From: Rhodospirillaceae bacterium
GTDB lineage: Bacteria > Pseudomonadota > Alphaproteobacteria > SP197
NCBI GenBank assembly: GCA_018700655.1
Contig: JABIUG010000434.1
Coordinates: 1 to 33,429, forward strand
Direction: 5' to 3'
DNA length: 33,429 nucleotides
Under the pieces are notes generated by a model. It searched no databases and was not told where the DNA came from. It saw only the letters and a list, made by a program, of their open reading frames with translations. Shown here piece after piece: positions 24,135-33,429 of the stretch; position 1 is the first letter of the stretch; every line of letters starts with the position of its first letter. The position numbers were made by a program, and so were the translations under genes.

Positions 24135-24623
24135 GTGTCGCGTGTCGTGCATATCTTATGTTTGTGCATTGCCGCGATGTTTTTTTGTCGCGGTGCGGTG
24201 GCCGATGACCCGTTGCCCCTGCCGCGATTTGCCTCTCTGGGGGATGATAAGGTCTATATGCGGGCCGGGCCGGGCCAGAATTATCCGGTCGACTGGGTCT
24301 TCGTGCGCGAAGGTCTGCCGGTCGAGATTGTGCGTGAATACGAACAATGGCGGTTGGTGCGCGACATCGACGGCACCGAAGGCTGGATTCACCGCATCAT
24401 GCTATCGGGCTCGCGCATGGTGATCGTATCGGGCACAAGCCAGCGAACCGCCTATGACGGGCCCAGCCTGGACGAAGAGGTCGCCTTCCGCGCCGAACCC
24501 GGCGTTCAGGGCGAGCTGATCTCGTGCGACGGCACCTGGTGCCGGATTGAAGTCGAAGATGTGAAAGGCTGGATGCCCATGGCCGATCTCTGGGGCGTCT
24601 ACCCGGAAGACGGCGGTGGCTGA
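24135..24623 (+). CDS. Secreted bacterial SH3 domain protein
   Basis: Signal-peptide-like N-terminus; LPRFASL, MRAGPG..YPVDW, WRLVRDIDGTEGWIHRIMLSG, WCRIE..GW..LWGVYP; start codon uncertain. Confidence 0.82.
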   Translation: MSRVVHILCLCIAAMFFCRGAVADDPLPLPRFASLGDDKVYMRAGPGQNYPVDWVFVREGLPVEIVREYEQWRLVRDIDGTEGWIHRIMLSGSRMVIVSGTSQRTAYDGPSLDEEVAFRAEPGVQGELISCDGTWCRIEVEDVKGWMPMADLWGVYPEDGGG

Positions 24624-25617
24624 TGTCATGCGCCGTGTCGCGCTGAAACAACGGCCCGACGGCGAGCCTGTCGCTGGTGATTTCGAAGTGCTCGAAGACG
24701 CGCTGCCCAGGCTCGGACAAAACGAGGTGCTGGTTGCCGCACGGTTTCTTTCGATCGACCCGTATGTCCGTACCATGATCGATGCCGACAACCCCTATGG
24801 TGCGCCGATGCCGCTGGGCCAGACGATCACAGGCGACATGGCAGGTGAAGTCGTGGCTTCCAGCAATCCTGATTATGCCGTCGGTTCATGGGCTGCAGGC
24901 CGTCTGGGCTGGGCCAGTCACGGGTTTGATGACGGCAGCCGCCTGCGACCGCTTGATCCGGCGCTGGGTGAACTGCCGCTTCATCTGGCGCTGTTCGGCT
25001 CCTCGGGTCTGACCGCCTATTTCGGCATGCTGGAGTTGGGCAGGCCACGCCCGGGCGATCAGGTGCTGGTCTCAGGTGCCGCCGGTGCGGTCGGGCAGGT
25101 TGCCGGTCAGATCGCAAAGGCAGTGGGCGCCCGTGTTGTCGGGATCGCCGGTGGCCAAACCAAGTGCGGGCACCTCGTGGAGGTGCTGGGCTTTGATGGC
25201 GCGATCGATCATCGCGCCGGCGAGATCCCAGCCGCCCTGGACCAGCGTTTTCCCGACGGCATCGATGTCTATTACGACAACATTGGAGGCCCGATCACCG
25301 ACGCGGTGATGGCGCGCCTTGCCCATCGGGCACGGGTCGTGGTCTGTGGTGAAAGCTCGCAATACGATGCGATTGGCCACGAGTACCGGCCCAGCATTCT
25401 GGGCCCGTTGATGGACAGCCGCGCGACGATGTCAGGCCTGCTGGTCTCCGACTTCAGCCACCGTTACGACGAAGGCCGTGCCGCCCTGGCCGCACTCCAT
25501 CGCGACGGCCGCCTGAAGGTCGAATTCGATATCATCGACGGGCTTGACTATGCGGCTGCCGCGCTGATCGGCATGCTCAAGGGCGAAAACACCGGCAAAC
25601 GGCTGGTGCGGATCTAA
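24616..25617 (+). CDS. NADP-dependent oxidoreductase (MDR, prostaglandin reductase/CurA-like)
   Basis: LSIDPYVR, GLTAYFG, VSGAAGAVG, GIDVYYDNIGG, GENTGK. Confidence 0.9.
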   Translation: MADVMRRVALKQRPDGEPVAGDFEVLEDALPRLGQNEVLVAARFLSIDPYVRTMIDADNPYGAPMPLGQTITGDMAGEVVASSNPDYAVGSWAAGRLGWASHGFDDGSRLRPLDPALGELPLHLALFGSSGLTAYFGMLELGRPRPGDQVLVSGAAGAVGQVAGQIAKAVGARVVGIAGGQTKCGHLVEVLGFDGAIDHRAGEIPAALDQRFPDGIDVYYDNIGGPITDAVMARLAHRARVVVCGESSQYDAIGHEYRPSILGPLMDSRATMSGLLVSDFSHRYDEGRAALAALHRDGRLKVEFDIIDGLDYAAAALIGMLKGENTGKRLVRI

Positions 25618-25623
25618 CTTCTT

Positions 25624-26622
25624 CTAACTCCACACCGCCTGGCAGATGCGTCGCCAGTTGCCGCCCAGGATGGCGCGGATGGCGTCGTCGTCATAGCCGG
25701 CTTCCAGCATGCAGGCGGTCAGGCCGACGAGATCTTCGGGCAGGGCCATCTTCACCCCGGCCCAGTCGGGATCGCGCGCCTCGGGCCATTCGTCGGGCCG
25801 GGCGCGGATGAAAGCCGAAATCGCCTCAGGGTCAAAGACCGAATCGATGCCGAGCCCGACATGGTCGGGGCCGACCAGGCTGACGAAATGATCGAGATGG
25901 CGGAAGAGAGTCTGGGGACTACAGTCAGGATCACCGTGGTACATGCTGCTGCCTGAAATCCCGACCATACCGCCGGTTGCCGCACAGGCCCTGACCTCTT
26001 CATCGGAGATGTTGCGCGGGTGAGGGATCAGCGCGGCCGCATTGCTGTGGGTGAAGACGCAAGGTTTGGTGGCGTGTTCCATTGCCAGCATCGCGGTGTG
26101 GTGGCCGCAGTGGCTGAGGTCAAGCAACATGCCGACACGTCCCATCTCGGTCACCAGTGAGCGGCCGAAATGAGTCAGGCCGCCATCCTCGACTTCCATG
26201 CAGCCGCCGCCTGCCGAGTTGCTCTGGTTGAAGGCGAGCAGTGCCATGCCGATGCCAAGCTCGTAGAAGGCCGCGACCATGTCGAGAATGCGCTCGAAAC
26301 AGCGCGTGCTTTCAAAGTGGAGCAGTGCGGCGAGCTTACCGTCAGCAACGGCGGCATCAATCTCTGCCACGGTGCGGCACAACGCCACTGTGTCGCTGAA
26401 AGCACCGAGCTCGCGTTTGATCGCGGCAATGCGTTGCACCGCCTCACCGATGTTGTGGTTGTCGCCTGCCACGGTGATCGAGACGATGTTGTGGCCCGCG
26501 GCGCGAAAACGCTCGAGCTTGCCCAGATCGTTGCCGCACCAGGGCTCCCACGGCCAGACCATGTCCTAGACCACGGCGTCACGATGCAGCGCCCGGGCCT
26601 GTGCGTCCGGTTCGTCCGTCAT
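25624..26622 (-). pseudogene. M19 membrane dipeptidase-like amidohydrolase with in-frame TAG at codon 19
   Basis: ATG 26622 (ATGA overlap with the upstream gene) MTDEPDAQARALHRDAVV*DMVWPW; TAG at 26566-26568; DGGLTHFG, DLSH, THSN, HPRN, DHVGLGID. Restart at ATG 26562 is possible. Confidence 0.75.
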
Positions 26623-27515
26623 GACCCATCCTCGCCGTCGAGGAAGCCGCTCTTGCGATAGGCGGGTTCGGGGTAGTTGTAGAATCCGGAACCCGAGGCG
26701 ACGCCCAGTTCACCGGCCTCGACCATGCGGACCAGAAAGTCCGGCGGCGGGTCGGCCGGATCGCCGCTGGCCTCGTGATAGACCTTCTCGACCGCGACAA
26801 CCGAATGCAGGCCGATATCGTCCATCAGGCCGCAGGGGCCCATCTCGGTGCCAAAGGTCATCATCCAGGCCCGGTCGATATCTCCCGGCGTTGCATGGCC
26901 TTCGGCAATCTGGCGCAACACCTCTTTTTTGATGACACGCCACAGGCGGTTGAAGGAATAACCCAGCTGCTCCTTGCGCGTGCGCACCGGAACCATGCCG
27001 ATGACCCGGGCCCAGGCTTCTGCAAAGGCGATGGTCTCGTCGGCCACCGTGTCGGCGGTCATCAGTTCGACCAGTTTCGAGACGCGAGGATCGGTGAAGT
27101 TGAGTGAGAAAAACTGCGCGGGCCGGCCACAGGATTCCGCCATGGGCGAACACATCAGGGCCGAAGCGTTGGTCCCGAGATAGGCATTACCGGGCAGCAC
27201 CGCAGACATTTCAGCATGCACGGCCTGCTTGAGAGCGAGCCGTTCGGGGACGTTCTCGAAACCAAGTTGTGCGCCTTCCAGTGCTGCCTTGAGCGAAGCC
27301 GCAACGATGAGGTGGCGGTCGATCGCTGCCCGTTCCTCACCCTCGCTCCAGGACAGTGCCAGGGCCCGCGAGCTTTCCGCCTTGCCTTCCTCGAGATCAA
27401 AGAAACGGGTTTCAAGCCCCGCCCGGGCGCAGGCCCAGGTGACCTTGGTTCCCATCACGCCGGCACCGACGATCCCGACCGGAAGGCTGGGATCGAAGGC
27501 AGGCAGGTCATGCAT
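26619..27515 (-). CDS. 3-hydroxyacyl-CoA dehydrogenase family protein
   Basis: GAGVMG, ENVPERLALK, GYSFNRL, DID, MGPCGLMDDIGL, GELGVASGSGFY. Confidence 0.88.
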   Translation of the reverse strand: MHDLPAFDPSLPVGIVGAGVMGTKVTWACARAGLETRFFDLEEGKAESSRALALSWSEGEERAAIDRHLIVAASLKAALEGAQLGFENVPERLALKQAVHAEMSAVLPGNAYLGTNASALMCSPMAESCGRPAQFFSLNFTDPRVSKLVELMTADTVADETIAFAEAWARVIGMVPVRTRKEQLGYSFNRLWRVIKKEVLRQIAEGHATPGDIDRAWMMTFGTEMGPCGLMDDIGLHSVVAVEKVYHEASGDPADPPPDFLVRMVEAGELGVASGSGFYNYPEPAYRKSGFLDGEDGS

Positions 27516-27524
27516 CACCGGTGT

Positions 27525-28331
27525 TTACTCGAACTGGGTCTCGCGCCAGCGGATGGGGGCGCCCAGGCCCTTTTCCTTCTTCACGGCTTCGAACTGCTTG
27601 TACTGCTCGGTCTCCTGGGCATCGAGAATACCGCCGACTTCGACGCCATAGGTGATGGCACTGCGCAGCCCGGCAATTTCCGCACCCTGGTTGATCGCGG
27701 CCTTGGTTGTCTGCAGTCCTTCAAGCGAGATCGCCGAAGCGCGCTTGGCATAACGCATGGTCTCTTCTTCGAGCTTGTCGGCCGAGAAGACCTTGTTGAC
27801 CATGCCGAACTGACGCGCTTCCTCAGCCGTGATCATGTCGCCGGTGTAGAGCAGCTCGCGCGTGCGCTTGAGGCCGATGATCCACGGCATGATGACTGCG
27901 GGCGGTGCGGTCGAGAAGCGGATCTCGGGCTCGCCGAACATCGCTTCCTCTGATGCATAAGTGATGCAGCACATCATGGCGAGTTCGCAGGAACCGGCCA
28001 GGCAATAACCCCGCACCATGGCGATCACCGGCTTGGAGCAATCCCAGGGGCCGTACTCGAAATCGGCGCAGTCCTTCAGCATCTTGCGTGTGCCCATGGG
28101 GCCGCGGCCGTAGGTTTCGACCCAGTTGTATTTGAGGTCGTAGCCCGCGCCGAAATGGGGACCGTCGGCGGTCAGGATGATGACCGAGACGTCGTTGTTG
28201 TCATCAAGCTCGCGCAGTACGCCCGAAAGTTCGGCCATGAACGGCGGGTTCATGGAGTTCATCTTCGCGGCGCGGTTGATCGTCACCTTGGCGACCTTGT
28301 CGTTGATCTCGCAGAGCACTTCACCGGTCAT
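27525..28331 (-). CDS. Enoyl-CoA hydratase/isomerase
   Basis: FGAGYDL, KPVIAMVRGYCLAGSCEL, FGEPEIRF (both Glu present), ELLYTGD. Confidence 0.9.
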   Translation of the reverse strand: MTGEVLCEINDKVAKVTINRAAKMNSMNPPFMAELSGVLRELDDNNDVSVIILTADGPHFGAGYDLKYNWVETYGRGPMGTRKMLKDCADFEYGPWDCSKPVIAMVRGYCLAGSCELAMMCCITYASEEAMFGEPEIRFSTAPPAVIMPWIIGLKRTRELLYTGDMITAEEARQFGMVNKVFSADKLEEETMRYAKRASAISLEGLQTTKAAINQGAEIAGLRSAITYGVEVGGILDAQETEQYKQFEAVKKEKGLGAPIRWRETQFE

Positions 28332-28345
28332 GGTCTTCTTCTCCT

Positions 28346-30433
28346 TCAGGTCGTTTGTTGCGGCACCACCAGGGCATCAACGGCAAGCGCACCGTCGGGC
28401 CCGGCGATTACCGGGTTGAGATCGAGTTCTGAAATCGTAGCACCAAGCGTGGCCGCCAGAACGGAGAATCGCGCCAGCATATCGGCAAGCGCGTCGATAT
28501 CGGCGGCAGGCCTGCCGCGCACGCCGTCAAGCAGGGCGCGACCCTTCAAACGGTCAATCAGGCTTCGTGCGAATGCGATATCAAATGGCGGCACGGCCAA
28601 AAGGCTGTCTTTGAGCACCTCGACGAAGATACCGCCGGTACCGACCAGCACCAGCGGACCGAACTGCGGATCCTGGATCAGCCCGAACACCATCTCCGTT
28701 CCCGCCGGCGCCATCGGTGCGACAAGGCAGCGCGGTCCCAGACGTTCGGCCATGTCGTCATAAGCCTGTCCCACGGCATCTGCGCCCATGAGGCCCAGAT
28801 GAACCCCGCCGACGTCGGATTTGTGCTGAATGCCGGCTTCGGCTGTTTTCAGGACAACGGGCCCACCCATTTTGTCTGCGGCTGCCAGCACGGCAGCGCG
28901 GTCTTCGACAATCGCCATCTCGGGCACGGCAATGCCGAAGTCTCCGGCGAGCGCCAGACCCTCGGCTTCGTCGAGCGGGGCGCCGGAGCCAAGGCGTGCG
29001 CGCCAGTGTTCGATGACTGCGCTCTCGGGTGCGACGGGCACAACCATCGATGCTGGTGCAAGATGGTCGCGCCAGACCATCATCGCCGCCATGGCTTTCA
29101 TGCCGGCTCCCATGCCATCGAGAAAGCGGATGCCGGTGCCTTCCAGCATGGCGACAGTTTCATGGACCACGCCACCGGGCACACAGTTCACAAACGCCAT
29201 GGGTTTTCCGGTTTCACGGGCAATGGCGTGGGCGCCTTCGACGAAGGAGCCGCGGAATTCTTCGCCATCGCGCATATCGGCGATCCAGGCGCCGGCCGCG
29301 CAGTCGGGATCGGACATGAGCGCACGCCAGCAATCGAGAAAGATCGAGACATAGTCGTGCCCGGTGCCCCAGGCATCGAGCGGATTGACCGGGTCGAGAC
29401 CGTATTCCAGCCGGTCGGCCAGGGCCGCGGTGGTGGTGGGCGAGATCTCGGCAAACCGGAGACCGGCGTCTGAAGCCTGATCAACAAGATGCTCGCGTTC
29501 GCCGCCTGAATCGGTGATCGCGACCAGGCCGCCAGCGCCAAACGGGCGCGGCTGGGTCGCCATCTGCAGCGTTGCAATCATCTCGGGCAAGTCATAGACG
29601 CGGATGACGCCGTGGCGTTCGAAGATCGCATCATAGGCGGCATCATCGCCTGCAAGCGCGCCGGAATGGCTCATCGCCATCTTTACGCTTTCTTCCGTGC
29701 GGGCCGCCTTGAGCGCGACCACAGGCACACCCTGTGCCTTTGCCTTGTCGGCCGCGGCACAAAAGCCCGCGGGATCGCGGATCGTCTCGATGTAGAGCGC
29801 GATGGCCCGGGTCGAGGGAAGCTCTAGCGCGTAATCCATGTAGTCGGCGGTGGTCGTTGCGATTTCCTGGCCTGCCGTGATGGTCAGGTTGAACTTCAGC
29901 CGTCCGTCGTTCTGGACCAACCCGCCATAGATCGAGCCGGACTGGGAGATCAGCGTGATCGATCCGGGGTCCTTGCTCGCATTGCCGCTGGCCAGCGTGA
30001 CCTGGGTTCCCTCGTCATAATTGACGAAGCCCGACCCGTTCCCGCCGCAGACCATCAGGCCCGCCCCTTGCGCCTTGGTTCTCAGCCGAACCAACAGGGG
30101 AGGATCGGTGTCGTTTTCCAGGTAACCCGAAGAAAAGATCGTGACCGCTGGAATGCCGGCCGCGATGGCATCGTCGAGCACCGCTTCGACCCTTGCGTTG
30201 GCGACGTTCAGCATGGCGTGGTCGACCGGCTTTTCGATGGCCGCCAGGTTGGGCAGGCAGGGCCGCTCGTCGATCTCGTCGTATCGGGGATTGATCAGGT
30301 GGATGTCGCCGTTGAAACCGCTGTCGGCCAAGGCCCGATAGGACATCCAGCCGAAGGTAGACTGTTTGGGTGACGCGCCCACGATGGCAACAGAACGGGG
30401 GCAGAGAAGCGGCCGTAAACGATGCTGAACCAT
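28346..30433 (-). CDS. Acetate--CoA ligase (ADP-forming) family acyl-CoA synthetase, fused alpha/beta
   Basis: PRSVAIVGAS, SQSG, phospho-His SHSGALAG, NPLDAWG, HKSDVGGV, DPQFGP, ELDLNP; start ATG 30433. Confidence 0.9.
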   Translation of the reverse strand: MVQHRLRPLLCPRSVAIVGASPKQSTFGWMSYRALADSGFNGDIHLINPRYDEIDERPCLPNLAAIEKPVDHAMLNVANARVEAVLDDAIAAGIPAVTIFSSGYLENDTDPPLLVRLRTKAQGAGLMVCGGNGSGFVNYDEGTQVTLASGNASKDPGSITLISQSGSIYGGLVQNDGRLKFNLTITAGQEIATTTADYMDYALELPSTRAIALYIETIRDPAGFCAAADKAKAQGVPVVALKAARTEESVKMAMSHSGALAGDDAAYDAIFERHGVIRVYDLPEMIATLQMATQPRPFGAGGLVAITDSGGEREHLVDQASDAGLRFAEISPTTTAALADRLEYGLDPVNPLDAWGTGHDYVSIFLDCWRALMSDPDCAAGAWIADMRDGEEFRGSFVEGAHAIARETGKPMAFVNCVPGGVVHETVAMLEGTGIRFLDGMGAGMKAMAAMMVWRDHLAPASMVVPVAPESAVIEHWRARLGSGAPLDEAEGLALAGDFGIAVPEMAIVEDRAAVLAAADKMGGPVVLKTAEAGIQHKSDVGGVHLGLMGADAVGQAYDDMAERLGPRCLVAPMAPAGTEMVFGLIQDPQFGPLVLVGTGGIFVEVLKDSLLAVPPFDIAFARSLIDRLKGRALLDGVRGRPAADIDALADMLARFSVLAATLGATISELDLNPVIAGPDGALAVDALVVPQQTT

Positions 30434-30598
30434 GACAAGAACCTGTCTGACAAATTCGTTCCGAAACCTTAGAGCGAATGCAGGCCGGTGCAAGACGGAA
30501 AGACGTCCTGGGACCTCATCCGGCGCTGATTTGGACGGGATCCCGCAAGCGCAAGAACCGGAATGACATTGTGAGAGCTGTGGCGATAGTCTGCGCCC

Positions 30599-31516
30599 AT
30601 GTCCACACCCGCCCCCACGCTCGACTCAATCGCCTGGCTGCTTCTGGTCGCATTGTCGCTCGTCTGGGGCGCCTCGTTTTTCTTCGCTGAGGTCGCCCTT
30701 GTCGAGCTGCCACCCATCACGATTGTAACCCTGCGCATGATCATCGGGGTCGCCGGGCTATGGGCCATCGTCGCGGTGATTCGGCCCGTCATGCCCAGGG
30801 ACCGTGCGACCTGGCGCGATCTCATCGTCATGGGGCTCCTCAACAACGCCATTCCGTTCAGCCTGATCGTGACCGGTCAGATCTGGATCACCGGCGGACT
30901 TGCCAGTGTGCTGAATGCCACCACGCCGGTCTTTGGCGTGATTGCCGCGCATTTTTTCACCAGTGACGAACGTCTGACGCCCAACCGGTTGGCTGGCGTT
31001 GTGCTCGGTTTCCTTGGTGTCGTGGTGCTGATGGGGCCCTCGGTGATCGGCAACAGCGAGGCTCAGCTGATCGGCGGAGCCTTCTTGCTTGCGGCGGCGG
31101 TTTCCTATGCCACGGCTGGTTTGTGGGGGCGCCGTCTGCGCCATCTTCCTCCGGTCAGTGCCGCGACCGGGCAGGCGAGCTGTTCGATGGTAATGTTGAT
31201 TCCGGTCGCCCTGGTTCTTGAGCAGCCCTGGAAACTTGCCATGCCGTCGGCCGAAGTCTGGGGTTCGCTTGTCGGGATAGGGCTGCTCTCGACCACGCTG
31301 GCCTACCTGATGTTCTTTGCCATTCTGAAACGCGCAGGCGGCAGCAATGTCATGCTGGTGACCCTGCTGGTTCCGCCCAGCGCGATCCTGCTTGGTGTGC
31401 TGATTCTGGCCGAGCCGGTCAGCATCGAGCAACTTCTCGGTACGGCTCTGATCGGCCTGGGTCTGGTTGCGATCGATGGTCGGCTGATCAAGCGATGGTT
31501 CCGAAAGTCGATATGA
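30599..31516 (+). CDS. DMT/EamA family transporter
   Basis: About 10 hydrophobic segments; WGASF, GLLNNAIPF, GLASVLNATTP, LVTLLVP. Confidence 0.9.
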   Translation: MSTPAPTLDSIAWLLLVALSLVWGASFFFAEVALVELPPITIVTLRMIIGVAGLWAIVAVIRPVMPRDRATWRDLIVMGLLNNAIPFSLIVTGQIWITGGLASVLNATTPVFGVIAAHFFTSDERLTPNRLAGVVLGFLGVVVLMGPSVIGNSEAQLIGGAFLLAAAVSYATAGLWGRRLRHLPPVSAATGQASCSMVMLIPVALVLEQPWKLAMPSAEVWGSLVGIGLLSTTLAYLMFFAILKRAGGSNVMLVTLLVPPSAILLGVLILAEPVSIEQLLGTALIGLGLVAIDGRLIKRWFRKSI

Positions 31517-31589
31517 GTTTGTTGTTCCCTCAATCGCCCGGCGCGGGGTTGCTTGCCTGTCGCCCTGCCCGGGCCTTCCGGCTATCTCC

Positions 31590-32810
31590 ATGAGCGCGGT
31601 CAACCGGGTCTTTTTCGGTTGGTGGGTGGCCTGGTCCGGCTTCCTGATGGCGCTGTTCGCCTGGGGTTTCGGTTTCTACGGTTCGGGCGTTTTCCTCACC
31701 TGGTTCACCGAACGCCACGGCTGGGCCCTGGCTGATGTCTCGCTGGCGATCACGGCCTATTATGCGGTCAGTGCGACGGTGATCGTCTTTTCGGGCGACC
31801 TCTATCAGCGCCTGGGACATCGCGTCACCTGTCTGTTGGGCGTGGCCTCCCTGGGGCTGGCGGCGCTCGCCATGCCACTGGTCGATGCGCTCTGGCAGGT
31901 CTGGTGCGCCTATGGGGTGATGGCGCTTGGCTGGGCACTGCTTGGCACGGCCGGTGTCAACATCGCGCTCGCACCCTGGTTCGAGAAGAAGCGCGGCTTT
32001 GTCGTGTCGCTCGCGCTCAACGGTGCCAGCATGGGTGCGGTGGTGATCGCTCCGGTGATGGTGCTTCTGGCGGCAATCTACAGCCCGCTCTGGGCGGTCG
32101 TGTTGATGGTCGGTCTGATGGTGGCGACGCTGGGCGTGATGGCGGTGGTGACGCTGGGCAAGACCCCACAGCAGATGGGACTCTATCCCGACGGTCTGGA
32201 TGCCGCACCCGCCAAACATGGTGATGACACGCTGCCGACCGCGTCGAAACGTGCCCTGCTCGCAGGCTGGCCTCTGTGGTCGGTCGCCTTGCCCTTTGCC
32301 ATGGCGCTGTTTGTTCAGGTCGGCATGATGACCCACCAGTTCCGCTTTCTGACGCTCAACATGGGCGAGTCGCAGGCTGCTTTGATCATGGCGCTCTCGG
32401 GCATCATGGCGGTGATCGGGAGGGTCGGTACCGGCTTCATTGTCGACCGGGTCGACCGTCGGCTTGTCGCCTGCATCAACTTCTCGCTTCAGGGTGCCGC
32501 GCTCGCCCTGCTGACGCTGGGCAGCGATCCCGCGCTGATCTGGGCGGGCTGGCTGCTGTTCGGTCTGGGTGTCGGCAACCAGGTCACGCTTTCGGGCCTG
32601 ATCGTCCAGGTCGAGTTCTCGCGCCGCGACTTTGCTCGCGCGATTGCGCTGGTCGTGGCGATCACCCAGGCGACCTATGCCTTTGGTCCAGGCAGCATCG
32701 GCGTTCTGGCCCAATGGTCCGGCAGCTACACGCTGCCACTGATGATCACCGCAGTTATTCTGGCCGCGGCGGCGATCCTGATCATGGTCGGCAGGCCCGG
32801 GCCGCGCTGA
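31590..32810 (+). CDS. MFS transporter
   Basis: About 12 TM segments; FFGWWV, WFEKKRG, GFIVDRVDRR (MFS motif A-like). Confidence 0.88.
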   Translation: MSAVNRVFFGWWVAWSGFLMALFAWGFGFYGSGVFLTWFTERHGWALADVSLAITAYYAVSATVIVFSGDLYQRLGHRVTCLLGVASLGLAALAMPLVDALWQVWCAYGVMALGWALLGTAGVNIALAPWFEKKRGFVVSLALNGASMGAVVIAPVMVLLAAIYSPLWAVVLMVGLMVATLGVMAVVTLGKTPQQMGLYPDGLDAAPAKHGDDTLPTASKRALLAGWPLWSVALPFAMALFVQVGMMTHQFRFLTLNMGESQAALIMALSGIMAVIGRVGTGFIVDRVDRRLVACINFSLQGAALALLTLGSDPALIWAGWLLFGLGVGNQVTLSGLIVQVEFSRRDFARAIALVVAITQATYAFGPGSIGVLAQWSGSYTLPLMITAVILAAAAILIMVGRPGPR

Positions 32811-32832
32811 CAGGCGTGAACCCGGCTGCCGC

Positions 32833-32914
32833 GTTTTTGCTCCCTCAGTCGCCGGGCGCGAGCTCTGCACGTCTGGCTTTAGCCGCTTTCGCGACGGGCT
32901 CGCAGTCGCTCGCC
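32833..32914 (+). repeat. Degenerate copy of the ~80-bp outer-arm repeat
   Basis: CGGGCTCGCAGTCGCTCGCC (32895-32914) is the exact reverse complement of 22968-22987; the upstream part aligns loosely (TTTTTG..CCTCAG.CGCCGG..TGGCTTT.GCCGCT). Confidence 0.8.
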
Positions 32915-32957
32915 GCTCTGGTGTAAAACAAAGCCACACGAACAGGAGGAATTGACC

Positions 32958-33377
32958 ATGGCTGCAAACAGGTTCTCATGGGGCAACTTTGCCATTCGCT
33001 GGGTGGTGGCGATGGTCGCCGTGATGGCGACCTTCAATCCGACCTCAATGTCCTATTACCAATGGGTCATGACCGGCGGAAATGAAGATATGGCCCTGAA
33101 GGTTCTGGCCGGCCTGGTGCTGCTGATTCTGATCGTGATCTATCTGCGCGCGACCTGGAACTCGCTCGGTCCCATCGGGGTAGTCCTCGCCACGGCTTTC
33201 CTGGGCGCCTGTGTCTGGGCGCTGGTTGATCTGGGACTGCTGGATCTGGCCAACACCACGGTCGTCACCTGGATCGCACTGGCCGCGATCGCCACGGTCA
33301 TGGCCATCGGGATTTCCTGGTCCCATATCCGGCGTCGCGTTTCCGGGCAGCTCGATGTCGATGAGACGGAGTTGTAG
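32958..33377 (+). CDS. DUF6524-like membrane protein
   Basis: 4 TM segments; ATFNPTSMSYYQW, LRATWNSLG, SWSHIRRRVSGQLDVD; GGGAG RBS; family recalled from memory. Confidence 0.75.
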   Translation: MAANRFSWGNFAIRWVVAMVAVMATFNPTSMSYYQWVMTGGNEDMALKVLAGLVLLILIVIYLRATWNSLGPIGVVLATAFLGACVWALVDLGLLDLANTTVVTWIALAAIATVMAIGISWSHIRRRVSGQLDVDETEL

Positions 33378-33390
33378 GGGCGCGTGATCT

Positions 33391-33429
33391 GTTTTTGTTT
33401 GTTTAGCCTCAGGCGCCGGCACTCGCTCC
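33391..33429 (+). repeat. Further copy of the outer-arm repeat (cut by window edge)
   Basis: TGTTTGTTTAGCCTCAGGCGCCGG is identical to 22670-22693 and continues ..TCGCTCC. Confidence 0.85.

Noticed and set aside
26566-26568. Pyrrolysine or alternative genetic code at the TAG
   Set aside because: TAG serves as a normal stop in dnaN, rpsT, dut and others here; no pyl genes in the window; TGG>TAG is simpler
31530-32939. 469-aa minus-strand ORF (also 8432-9493, 13479-14615, 21496-22458, 30758-31603)
   Set aside because: Antisense shadows of well-supported genes on the opposite strand

Overview
GC-rich alphaproteobacterial chromosome segment (Rhodospirillales-like, judged from gene order only). 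The left part is a housekeeping block: gyrB (5' part), recF, dnaN, dnaA, rpsT, mutM, then divergent ubiE-ubiB, coaBC-dut and moeB plus a DsrE-like gene. Accessory DNA interrupts this backbone: (i) intact oxyR with a heavily decayed katG pseudogene between ubiB and coaBC; (ii) a double-hairpin RIME-like element, DUF1272 and GNAT genes after dut; (iii) two tandem 2OG-Fe(II) oxygenase paralogs behind a highly structured leader with an 18-codon coupled uORF, a broken adenylate-cyclase/TPR gene and a Rieske oxygenase; (iv) a ~390-bp nested palindromic element whose outer arm recurs twice more at the window end; (v) a CoA-ligase/enoyl-CoA hydratase/3-hydroxyacyl-CoA dehydrogenase/M19 dipeptidase operon with atypical active sites, followed by DMT, MFS and DUF6524-like genes. 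No tRNA, rRNA, CRISPR array, transposase or convincing oriC was seen. I did not find a clear-cut new multi-gene system. The best candidates for something undescribed are the structured uORF leader at 17496-17594, the palindromic repeat family, and the atypical CoA-dependent operon. All calls come from reading the sequence by eye; no database search or folding program was run.
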